Shown here in pieces: positions 10,431 through 19,089 of a stretch of DNA of 56,301 nucleotides (position 1 is the first letter of the stretch; each line of letters starts with the position of its first letter). The notes under the pieces were generated by a model that saw nothing but the letters and a program-made list of their open reading frames with translations, ran no database searches and was not told where the DNA came from. The stretch lies in contig NZ_MWQY01000011.1 of the NCBI RefSeq assembly GCF_002087085.1, forward strand, positions 124,001-180,301, given 5' to 3'. The position numbers and the translations under genes were made by a program.

Positions 10431-12813
10431 GCTCGTCTCGCTTCATGGTTTTCAGGATTTGTGTGATCCGGTGGTGCAGGGCAACTCCGATTTCCGGATT
10501 CGGCAGATACGTGGAGAGGTCTCCCATGAAAGAAAGGGTACTCTCGATCTTTCCCGGTTTCAAGACTATTCCCTCATCTTCCTGCATGTCCGGGGCAATA
10601 TACCGGGACAGCTGCTGCCGCAGGGAAGGTCGTCCGGAGAGCCTGTCCTTCAAGGCTTTCAGCCGAAGCCGCATATCGCTGTTCATGTACTCCCTGCGTC
10701 TCTCATCCGGAAGATAGCGTGTAAGGTTTTCAAGATGGGAGAGAAGTTCCGCAGGGCTCTCCTCTTTCTTCTCCTGCTGCTCTTTCCTCCGGTCCTTGGA
10801 CGGCTCCGGTTCAGGTTCCGTCTTTTTCCCGCTCCTGTTACGGGATATTTTAAGCAAGCCCAGGTCCAGGGAACCTCCCAGTTCTATTCTGCCGGGAGAG
10901 GACGGTCCCTGAACGCTGATGCTTATTGGTCCCTGGGGAGAGGAGGATGTCCCGCTGCCGCCTGACGGAGCTTCAGGTACGGAGGCCTGAGGTTCCCCTG
11001 AAGGCTGCGGCGGTGACGCCGGGGGAGCAAATACCTGCTGTATTTCGTTCTCTTCCTCTTCCTTTTCTTCCGGCGGAAACTCCGGGATCTCCTCCTCCAT
11101 TTCAAGAAGGTTGATCCGCTCTTCGTCTTCGTTTATGACGATTACCGGTTCGATTCCCCCGATATCGATGAGCCGGGCCGGCTGGTCCAGGTCGGGAATG
11201 GAATCAAAGAAGAGACTCTCCTCTTCCCTGAGAACCTCCGGTTCAACATCGGCCTCGCCGTGGTCCAGATAGCGCTTGAGATTCTCTTCCCAGAGTTTTT
11301 CATGTTCCTCCGCGAAGGCTTCAACGGTCTCTTCGTAGAGGTGCAGGGTCTGCTGCAGTTTGTCCAGATCCAGGGTTTCATCCCGCTCTCCCTGCATGTT
11401 GACCAGGGTTTCGGTGATGCGCAGTGCCTCCTCCCGGTTTCCGGCACCCCGATGGGCGCGGATCAGGGTCTCCAGGAGCTCCTCGTCGTGGGGAGACTCC
11501 TCGTAGAGTTCGCTCAGAATGGCCAAAGCTTCAGCGTAGAGATTCTCATAGAGATACAGCTTGGCAAGCAGCAGCCGTGCTGCCTGATGCCGGGGGTTTT
11601 TGGCAAGAATCCCCGATATCTGGGCTATCGCCTGCTTGTACTCTTTCATCTCCTTGTACAGCAGCGCCAGGTTGAAGGAGGTTTCCAGGTCCTCCGGCGA
11701 CAGGGCCAGGGCCCGGTTAAAGGCCTGTACCGCCTGCGGGCGGTTGCCCTGGGTCAGGTGAAGGCTTCCCAGCAGCGCGTAGGCAAAACCCGCCTTTGGA
11801 TTGTGATCCAGAATAAAACGGATCTCCTCTTTTGCCTGGCGGACCTTTCCGGTTTTAACTGCCAGGCGTGCGATCTTTTCCCGGACGTCCAGATCGGATG
11901 GAGTGTTCTGCTTCATGTGCTGCAGGTGTTCCCAGGCCTTGTCGTACTCCTCTATCTCCTCCAGTTCCGTTCCAAGGTTGATACTGGCTCTGGAGTAGGA
12001 AGGATCGTTTTTAACGGCGCGGTTCAGATAATCGATAGCCTCGGAATGGCGCCCCTGGGCACTGAGCACTACAGCGTAGTTATTGTTCAGCTTCGGGTTC
12101 TCCGCGTCCACCTCCAAAGCGCTTTTCAGTATCCGGGCAGCTTCGTCATAGTTTCCGCTCTTTTCCAGGAGTATGCCGAGATTGTTCAGTCCGTCGACCC
12201 AGTTGGGGCGGGCCTTCAGGGCCTGTCGATAAGAGTCGATCGCCTCCGGGATACACCCCTCCGACTGATAGCTGATGCCCAGGTTGTAGCGGAGGGTGGG
12301 ATTGTTGGGATCACTTTTCAGTCCCGAGAGGTAGAGATTTTCCGCTTTGGAGTGGTTTCCCCAATTCTCATAGAGATTTCCCAGGTTGTTGTAGGCCCGG
12401 CTGAATTCGGAATCCAGTTCTATAGCCTTGCGATAGTAGGTCTCCGCCTCTTCCGGCTCGTCCATCTGCTTGTACACATTCGCCAGGTTGTACCAGATGT
12501 CCGCCCGTTCAGGTGCCAGTTCCCGGGCTTTTTCCAGGGCCCCTACCGCGGCGGGCAGGTTGTCTTCGAGGCGGTAGACAATACCGATATTGTTAAAGGC
12601 CTCGGGATTCCCGTCGTCCAGCTCCAGGGATTCCTGATAAGCCTGGATCGCCTGGTTGTATCGGCCCATCTTGGTGTAGATATTGCCCAGAAACAGGAGG
12701 ATTCCCGGATGCTTCGGTTTTTGCCGGTGCATTTCACGGACGTATTTCTCCGCGCTCTCCCAGTCCCTGAGCAGAAAAGCCTTACGCGAACGGGCTGCAA
12801 GATCATTCAGCAC
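10420..12813 (-). CDS. Tetratricopeptide repeat protein with acidic/Pro-rich linker
   Basis: More than 10 TPR units (AFNNIG, AYNNLG, GLNNLG...); GTG start overlaps the upstream stop. Confidence 0.92.
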   Translation of the reverse strand: MLNDLAARSRKAFLLRDWESAEKYVREMHRQKPKHPGILLFLGNIYTKMGRYNQAIQAYQESLELDDGNPEAFNNIGIVYRLEDNLPAAVGALEKARELAPERADIWYNLANVYKQMDEPEEAETYYRKAIELDSEFSRAYNNLGNLYENWGNHSKAENLYLSGLKSDPNNPTLRYNLGISYQSEGCIPEAIDSYRQALKARPNWVDGLNNLGILLEKSGNYDEAARILKSALEVDAENPKLNNNYAVVLSAQGRHSEAIDYLNRAVKNDPSYSRASINLGTELEEIEEYDKAWEHLQHMKQNTPSDLDVREKIARLAVKTGKVRQAKEEIRFILDHNPKAGFAYALLGSLHLTQGNRPQAVQAFNRALALSPEDLETSFNLALLYKEMKEYKQAIAQISGILAKNPRHQAARLLLAKLYLYENLYAEALAILSELYEESPHDEELLETLIRAHRGAGNREEALRITETLVNMQGERDETLDLDKLQQTLHLYEETVEAFAEEHEKLWEENLKRYLDHGEADVEPEVLREEESLFFDSIPDLDQPARLIDIGGIEPVIVINEDEERINLLEMEEEIPEFPPEEKEEEENEIQQVFAPPASPPQPSGEPQASVPEAPSGGSGTSSSPQGPISISVQGPSSPGRIELGGSLDLGLLKISRNRSGKKTEPEPEPSKDRRKEQQEKKEESPAELLSHLENLTRYLPDERRREYMNSDMRLRLKALKDRLSGRPSLRQQLSRYIAPDMQEDEGIVLKPGKIESTLSFMGDLSTYLPNPEIGVALHHRITQILKTMKRDEHGE

Positions 12814-14399
12814 TATTCCAGTCTCCCGTTTGGCCGGGCACTGACTTCCACCGAGAAAAGTGTCTGATAGGGCCTGGGGGACTTGTCATAGGCCACGACC
12901 GTAAAGTAGTAGAGTCTGCCGTTTCGCAGACCACTCAAGAGAAATTCAGTGGTGTTCCCCACATCTATGGGCGAAGGGCCTTCCGAGCTGTCCTGACCGA
13001 AATACCTGCCCGGAGCAGTTCCGTAATAAATCCTGTATCCCTCCAGGTCCGGATCGGGTACGGGTTCCCATGTAAGCAATACGGCTCCGTCTTCAGGGCG
13101 TGCCTGCAGACCGGAGGGCGGAGGAGGAGGCAAATCGGGTTCGTAGATAATTGTAATGTCTGACAGCACCGGGCTTTTCTGCTCCTTTCCGTCGGGATAC
13201 AGGGCAGCCATGAGGTGGAGGTAGCGGCCCCGGGTATCGGGTGAAAATATATCACCGGGTGTAAAGGCTTTCCAGTTCGGATCGTCCGGGGGAATGTAAA
13301 AGTGAGAGTCTCCAAGCTGATAAAAGAAGAAGATATCAGAGTCATCGGGAGTCTCGTAGCTGCTCTCAATGCTGACCAGCCGGGATGCACCGAACTGAAG
13401 GTCTACAGGATTGATAAGAACCGTGCCGTCCATGTTTTTATAAGGTGCCGGAGGTCCGGATTCCCGGAATGCCGAGGAAATCCTGAATTCATCAAGGAAG
13501 CCCGAGAGGTTTTCTCCAATACTGAGCTGCCTGTTTCCGGCGGAACCCAGATAGGGGAGGAACACCGTCCCGGTTTCCCTGTTCTGGTGGTTTGCGTAGG
13601 CAATATCCTCAACGGTACCGTCTATCAGGTATTCCACCAGGCCTGTCCTGGAGTCGAACCTGAGCATGTGATGATGCCAGCGCCTGGGCATGAGTTCCCG
13701 ACTCCCTTCGAGTTCCAGGCTGAAGGAAGAGGCATCATGGGGCCGGAATACAGAGTCAAAGCGCCAGGTCAGGCGGGCTCTGCTGATCTCGCAGCTTATG
13801 GATTGGCTTCGGGGCCTCTCTCCCCACTCTCCCGGCAGTGTAACCCCGTTCCAGTTGAGGATCTTCTGGGAGGATTCGGTTTCCGCAGGGTAGAGCCAGA
13901 ACTCAATGGTAAAATCGCGCCAGTCGGTTCCCGGATAGAATAGACTCCCCGGCAACGGAACGAGTTTAAGGAGACTGCTGGATGAACGGTCGAACATGGC
14001 TGAACCGGATCCGAATACCTTACTGTTCGAATCCGGAACAATACCTTCAGGCTTCAGGGTGTAATACCGCTGTTCAGTCCAGAGGACTTCTCCCGGTACG
14101 TCGCTCTTTTTTCTGACCAGAGAGGGGGAAAGGGGAATGCTGTCGAAATGGAGCAGCAGATCAGTATACTCGTCCCTGGAATAGGCAGCATCATGAAGCA
14201 TGATATCCGAATACCCCTGAAAACCCCGTTCCAGCATCTCGGTATTATAATGATGTAATGGTCCCCAGCCGTTTTCCCTGCCCAGGACGATTTCTTCTTC
14301 CAGAGCGAAGAGGCCGGGACAGAAGAGCACAAGAATGGGCACATACAGGCGCGCAAAGAGTAGGATCGCTGATATTCCGGATCGTCTGTGTCTTTTCAT
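12813..14399 (-). CDS. Exported LamG/concanavalin-like + fibronectin type III protein
   Basis: Signal-peptide-like N-terminus; DFTIEFWLYP, WHHH, GFLDEFRIS (LamG); LTWEP...GYRIYYG...LSGLRNGRLYYFTVVAYD (FN3). Confidence 0.88.
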   Translation of the reverse strand: MKRHRRSGISAILLFARLYVPILVLFCPGLFALEEEIVLGRENGWGPLHHYNTEMLERGFQGYSDIMLHDAAYSRDEYTDLLLHFDSIPLSPSLVRKKSDVPGEVLWTEQRYYTLKPEGIVPDSNSKVFGSGSAMFDRSSSSLLKLVPLPGSLFYPGTDWRDFTIEFWLYPAETESSQKILNWNGVTLPGEWGERPRSQSISCEISRARLTWRFDSVFRPHDASSFSLELEGSRELMPRRWHHHMLRFDSRTGLVEYLIDGTVEDIAYANHQNRETGTVFLPYLGSAGNRQLSIGENLSGFLDEFRISSAFRESGPPAPYKNMDGTVLINPVDLQFGASRLVSIESSYETPDDSDIFFFYQLGDSHFYIPPDDPNWKAFTPGDIFSPDTRGRYLHLMAALYPDGKEQKSPVLSDITIIYEPDLPPPPPSGLQARPEDGAVLLTWEPVPDPDLEGYRIYYGTAPGRYFGQDSSEGPSPIDVGNTTEFLLSGLRNGRLYYFTVVAYDKSPRPYQTLFSVEVSARPNGRLE

Positions 14400-14416
14400 C
14401 TCTATTCTACTATTAA

Positions 14417-14444
14417 CTATCGGCGATCTTGCCGGTGATACTGA
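14417..14444 (-). promoter_or_regulatory. Putative sigma28 (FliA) promoter TCAG-N16-GCCGATAG for the lamG-TPR-HDOD operon
   Basis: Near-consensus GCCGATAA -10 box 17 nt upstream of the ATG at 14399. Confidence 0.55.
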
Positions 14445-14455
14445 AAACTTCTCCT

Positions 14456-14481
14456 TGCATTTTCCGTTACTTTTCCGATAG
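14456..14481 (+). promoter_or_regulatory. Putative sigma28-like promoter TGCA-N14-TCCGATAG for the hybrid cyclase gene
   Basis: CCGATAGTTA is identical to the box on the opposite strand; weak -35; 9 nt before the ATG. Confidence 0.4.
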
Positions 14482-14490
14482 TTATACTAT

Positions 14491-17274
14491 ATGGGAATTA
14501 AAGTAATTCTTGTTACTCTGACCGTAGTATCAGCGCTGATCCTGGGCGCTTTTGGGCTCTCCTTTACCCTGCTGGCTTCAGGGCTTGCAGAATTCAACGG
14601 TGGACTTCTCATTTCTGCAATCCAGATGTCCGCCGTATCTCTGATGATTGTCTGTACCCTGCTTTTTTTTGTCTTTGCCTTCCTGAGCCGGCTTCGTCTG
14701 GACCATCTCTATTTCGGTTTTTTCTCGTTAGCTGCTGTTGTGTATTCCCTGCTCAGAACCATACCGTTTTTTTCGCGGTTCTATGCCAGTGTATCGCTTA
14801 TACCCCTTCGTTCCTTTGAATTTACTCTCCTCGCAATCGGGGGAATCCTTCTTGCTCTTTTCTTTCGCCAGCGCTACCAGAGGCGTGTTTCCCTTAAACC
14901 GGTGATAGTCTATTCTATTCTCAATTTAGCTTTGGGACTGGCCTGGTTCCTGGGCCCCCAGTCTGCAGCAGTATATATGGAGAACGGTATAACAGGGCTC
15001 TCGGGCGCACTCTTTTTATTTTTTCTTGTCCGGCTGATACCCCTGATCCGGGAAAAACTGCGGGTGCTTCTTCACATTATCGGTCTTCTGGCTGTTTCGG
15101 CTGCGGGCATACACGATTTGCTTCTCCTCCGGGGACTTGTTGAGTCGGTTTACCTGCTGCCCGCTGCTTTGCTGGTGTTTGTTTTTCTGCATGTGCTGGT
15201 ACAGTTTCTTACCATTCGGGAAGATTATGCTTCTCTCCGTACCATGGACAAGAGGATACAGGCCGCAGACAGGCTGAAAGATGAGTTTCTCTCCAATATG
15301 AGCCATGAACTCAGGACCCCGATTCATGCGGTTGTCGGTCTCTCTGAGTCTCTGCTTCGGGGGAATGTGGGAGAAATGACGGAGGACCAGAAATCCACGC
15401 TCTCCCTGGTTTTCTCTTCCGGATTACGTCTTAATGCCATGGTGAGCGATATTCTGGACTTCTCCCGAATGCGGGAGGGCCGGATACAACTTCAGAATGC
15501 AGAAGTCGATCTGTATCAGTCGGTTCTTGTTGCTCAGAAGATGTGCGTACCCCTGCTGATGGGCGGACAACTGTCGATAAAAAACAATATCGTACCCTAC
15601 ACGCTGTTTGTCTGGGGGGATGAAAACAGGATAGAACAGTCCCTGAACAGCATTCTTATGTCGATTATAAAGTTTTCCAGCCAGGGGACCATCGAGATCG
15701 ATGCCCGGGAAGAAAACAGGGTGACGGTTATCTCGATAGCATTAACCGGTGGGAATCCTCTGCCCGGAAATATTGTAGAAGGCAGGGACGATGACTTCGG
15801 GGAACCCGGATTTGCAGATGAAGGCTACAAGGGAGTCAATCTCGGATTATCCCTGGCAAGACGCCTTATAGAAGCCCAGTCCGGAAGTCTTGAATACTCG
15901 GTAAAGGATGATACTTCGCTATTCCAGGTGACGCTTCCTTCAACCAGGGGTAAATACCAGGGCGAAGCCGGGGAAGCAGAGGAATCTCTGGAGATCTCCC
16001 TGGATGCTCTGGAAAACCTGGAGGCCCTGAACGACGACAACACCGAAGCCTCAAAGTTCACCATTGTCGTTGTGGATGACAATCCGGTAAATCTCCAGGT
16101 CCTTAAAAACCAGCTGTCCGGAGAGGAGTTCCGTATTGTTCCTTTCCTGAACGGAGAGAAGGCCCTGTCTCATATTCTGAATAACCCTTCCGATCTTGTT
16201 CTCCTGGATATCATGATGCCGGAGATCGACGGTTACACCCTGTGCCGTAAGGTTCGGGAAAAATATACCTCCACGAATCTGCCGATAGTTCTTGTTACTG
16301 CAAAAAGCGAGGCTATGGACATGGAGGAGGGGCTTTCTGCCGGAGCGAACGACTTCCTGGCAAAACCCTATACCCAGGAAGAACTTCTTGCCCGTATCCG
16401 GACTCACCTGAATCTGGCAAAGATAAATACCATTTACAGCCGATTCGTACCTATGGAGTTCATCGATTTTCTGGGCCACGACAACATTGCGGATATAAAA
16501 CTTGGTGACCAGGTTCAGAAGGAGATGACCGTCCTCTTTGTGGATATCCGTGCATTTACCGCGCTGTCGGAGATCATGACTCCCCAGGAGAATTTCAAGT
16601 TCATCAACTCATTCCTGAGCCGCCTGAGTCCCATGATCCAGGAGAACGGCGGCATTATCGATAAATACATCGGCGACTCCATCATGGCGCTCTTTCCCAA
16701 CCGGCCGGAAGACGCAATAAAAGCAGCAACCGAGATGGTCGGACACATGGAGATCTACAACAAGCAGCGGGCATCCTGCGGCTACAGGCCCATAAGCATC
16801 GGTGTGGGTATACATACCGGGAACCTGATTCTCGGGATTATCGGCGACAAGGGACGAATGCAGGGAACGGTGATATCCGATGCGGTAAACCTGGCCTCGC
16901 GGATTCAGGATGTGACAAAGCTCTACGGGGCGAATATCATAATCAGCCAGGAGTCCTTTATAAAGCTGGATAACCCGACGGAGTACGGATTCAGGTTCCT
17001 CGGCAAGGTGCGGGTCAAGGGAAAGAACAGGTCCGTATCCCTCTTCGAGATCTTCGACGGCGACCAGGAAGAGATGCGGGAATTAAAAACTGAAACCAAA
17101 ACCGACTTTGAGACGGCTATCCTGCAGTTTTCCAAGCGCCAGTTCGATGAATCGGCGGAACTGTTCAGGCAGATTATCGCGGTGAATTCCGAGGACAGGG
17201 CGGCCCGGCTCTTCCTGGAAAAAGCGGAAGCCTTCATTGCACAGGAGAAGCGCAGGTTCCTGTTCTCGGGGTAA
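14491..17274 (+). CDS. Membrane hybrid protein: 7TM-like region, HisKA, degenerate HATPase, REC, class III adenylate cyclase
   Basis: SHELRTP; VVDDNPVN...LLDIMMP...TAK...KP receiver; FVDIRAFT, DKYIGDSIM, TVISDAVNLASRIQ cyclase motifs. Confidence 0.92.
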   Translation: MGIKVILVTLTVVSALILGAFGLSFTLLASGLAEFNGGLLISAIQMSAVSLMIVCTLLFFVFAFLSRLRLDHLYFGFFSLAAVVYSLLRTIPFFSRFYASVSLIPLRSFEFTLLAIGGILLALFFRQRYQRRVSLKPVIVYSILNLALGLAWFLGPQSAAVYMENGITGLSGALFLFFLVRLIPLIREKLRVLLHIIGLLAVSAAGIHDLLLLRGLVESVYLLPAALLVFVFLHVLVQFLTIREDYASLRTMDKRIQAADRLKDEFLSNMSHELRTPIHAVVGLSESLLRGNVGEMTEDQKSTLSLVFSSGLRLNAMVSDILDFSRMREGRIQLQNAEVDLYQSVLVAQKMCVPLLMGGQLSIKNNIVPYTLFVWGDENRIEQSLNSILMSIIKFSSQGTIEIDAREENRVTVISIALTGGNPLPGNIVEGRDDDFGEPGFADEGYKGVNLGLSLARRLIEAQSGSLEYSVKDDTSLFQVTLPSTRGKYQGEAGEAEESLEISLDALENLEALNDDNTEASKFTIVVVDDNPVNLQVLKNQLSGEEFRIVPFLNGEKALSHILNNPSDLVLLDIMMPEIDGYTLCRKVREKYTSTNLPIVLVTAKSEAMDMEEGLSAGANDFLAKPYTQEELLARIRTHLNLAKINTIYSRFVPMEFIDFLGHDNIADIKLGDQVQKEMTVLFVDIRAFTALSEIMTPQENFKFINSFLSRLSPMIQENGGIIDKYIGDSIMALFPNRPEDAIKAATEMVGHMEIYNKQRASCGYRPISIGVGIHTGNLILGIIGDKGRMQGTVISDAVNLASRIQDVTKLYGANIIISQESFIKLDNPTEYGFRFLGKVRVKGKNRSVSLFEIFDGDQEEMRELKTETKTDFETAILQFSKRQFDESAELFRQIIAVNSEDRAARLFLEKAEAFIAQEKRRFLFSG

Positions 17275-17361
17275 AACGAAAACGAGTAAGAGAAACAAAG
17301 ATGGGAAGGATAGGGAGGATGAGATTTCTTCGTATATGCTGAGTATACCGAGGAAGAAGTT

Positions 17362-17783
17362 CCGCGCAGATTACGCAGAGGTAGGAGGGGATGCCTGAAT
17401 CAAAGCCTGATCTGCTCACAGTGACCGCTCTGCGATCCTCTGCGGCCTCAGCATGGACCTCTCCACAGGAAACCGATCCCGTAGCCTGAACGCTTTGCAG
17501 ACCTCTTGAGGCTCAGGGTATTTCTACGGAGACAATGCCAGAAATGACGAAGATGCCCGCGCGGATTACGCAGAGAAAACCAGGTAAAGTCAGATCCACG
17601 TAAGCTCTGCGCCCTCCCTCTGCGGCCTCTGTGAGTTTTCCTGGTGCCTGTGAACTGCCTTCAGTTGTCTCTGGATAAGCAGGCGCAGTCGTTAGGGGAT
17701 AAACCGCGCAGATTACGCAGAGAAAACCAGGTAAAGTCGGATCCACGTAAGCTCTGCGTCCTTCCTCTGCGGCCTCTGCGCGG
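17362..17783. repeat. Three REP-like palindromic units (left arm CCGCGCAGATTACGCAGAG, right arm ...CTCTGCGGCCTCTGCGCGG)
   Basis: Left arms at 17362, 17557 and 17704, each followed by a complementary right arm. Units 2 and 3 share a 29-nt loop with one mismatch. Confidence 0.85.
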
Positions 17784-18043
17784 TCTCTCTTTCCTGTGCT
17801 CTCTTCGCGACTCTCGTGCTGTGACTCTGCGTCCTTCCTCTGCGGCCTCTGCGCGGTCTCTCTTTCCTGTGCTCTCTTCGCGACTCTCGCGCTGTGACTC
17901 TGCGTCCTTCCTCTGCGGCCTCTGCGCGGTCTCTCTTTCCTGTGCTCTCTTCGCGACTCTCGCGCTGTGACTCTGCGTCCTCCCTCAGCGGCCTCTGCGC
18001 GGTCTCTCTTTCCTGTGCTCTCTTCGCGACTCTCGTGCTATGA
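17752..18043. repeat. Tandem repeat, 4 x 73 bp, pyrimidine-rich on + strand
   Basis: Copies start at 17752, 17825, 17898 and 17971 (CTCTGCGTCCTTCCTCTGCGGCCTCTGCGCGGTCTCTC...GCTGTGA), with only a few substitutions. Confidence 0.97.
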
Positions 18044-18066
18044 CCTCTGCCTTTTCTCCTCCGCGT

Positions 18067-18843
18067 TCACCCCTCCTCCAGCAGCCCGATCAGTTCCCGT
18101 GCATTGTCCACCGCCTGCCCCTTGTAGTGGTTGTTAAAGGCCACCAGCAGTATTGACGCCTCTGCTGCCAGCTGCTTTAAAACCGGTACCCGCTCCTTCA
18201 GTTCTTCGGCGGAATAGCGGTAATCATAGCGGCTCACGTTGTTCCCGGTCCACCAGTTTTCCCTGTTGCGGCCGTGGAAGCGTACATATACGATGGAGCT
18301 CGTAATCCGGGGGCAAAAATCGGGGAGTCCCTCCAGGGCGGGGTAATCCGAGGTGATGATTCCCACACTGCGCTTTCTCAGCTCCTCCACAACCCGGGGC
18401 CTGAACCAGTCGGTATTGCGGAACTCGATCTGCAGGGGAAGCTCCTCAAGGCAGCTGCAGAGGGTATCCAGGTGCACCCGATTTTCCCGGTTGTAGTGAA
18501 AGCTGTAGGGAAACTGCAGCAGGATAGAGGTCAGACTGCCTGCTTCGCGCAGGGGAGAAGTTCCTTCGATGAAGGCCGAACAGAGCGACGGGAGGTCTCC
18601 CCCTTTTTCGTGGGTCATGCTCCGGTGTCCCTTCAGGGTAAAGCGGAAATTCTCATCCACTTTGTTCTGCAATCCCTCCAGAACCCTGGCGGAGGGCATG
18701 GCGTAGTAGCTGAAATTGAGCTCAACAAAATTGAAAATCCCTGCATAGGCGCTCAAATACTCGTTTTGCCGGGTTCCTTCCGGATAAACGGTCCCGACCC
18801 AGTCTGCGTAGGAGTATCCACTTGTTCCGATGTAGATTCCCAT
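18067..18843 (-). CDS. DUF72 domain protein
   Basis: IYIGTSGYSY, VELNFSYY, LLQFP, EFRN, YVRFHGRN, YDYRYS, FNNH. Confidence 0.93.
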   Translation of the reverse strand: MGIYIGTSGYSYADWVGTVYPEGTRQNEYLSAYAGIFNFVELNFSYYAMPSARVLEGLQNKVDENFRFTLKGHRSMTHEKGGDLPSLCSAFIEGTSPLREAGSLTSILLQFPYSFHYNRENRVHLDTLCSCLEELPLQIEFRNTDWFRPRVVEELRKRSVGIITSDYPALEGLPDFCPRITSSIVYVRFHGRNRENWWTGNNVSRYDYRYSAEELKERVPVLKQLAAEASILLVAFNNHYKGQAVDNARELIGLLEEG

Positions 18844-18940
18844 GAGTCGAGTATACCCTGTTTCTCCTTTGGAATTGCTGATTTCTTGTTAATCGAGGAC
18901 ACTGAATACCGTCGGATGGAACGAAACGGAGGGCCGGGAC

Positions 18941-18969
18941 TTGAAATTGAGCTGTGTTTTCTATATTAT
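18941..18969 (+). promoter_or_regulatory. Putative sigma70 promoter of fusA (TTGAAA-N17-TATTAT)
   Basis: Near-consensus hexamers with 17-bp spacing, about 120 nt upstream of the ATG. Confidence 0.65.
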
Positions 18970-19089
18970 TTTCGTTGTGGGAGCACTGCTTCCGCCCCTG
19001 CTTATTTTTAACAGGTAACCAACTTTCTTGCTGACTCTTGAGATTGAAAAGGCAGGAAATACACTTATATTTGAGAGGTAGAGTACTAT

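Noticed and set aside
11260..12867. 535-aa plus-strand ORF
   Set aside because: Antisense shadow of the TPR gene; no motifs.
17513..17970. ORFs 17644..17970 (+) and 17513..17746 (-)
   Set aside because: Low-complexity translations of the repeats (LCVL/LRPLR/SAASA), with no SD or domain.
17362..18043. Possible CRISPR array
   Set aside because: The tandem copies have no unique spacers, the hairpin units are irregularly spaced with two-arm structure, and there are no cas genes.
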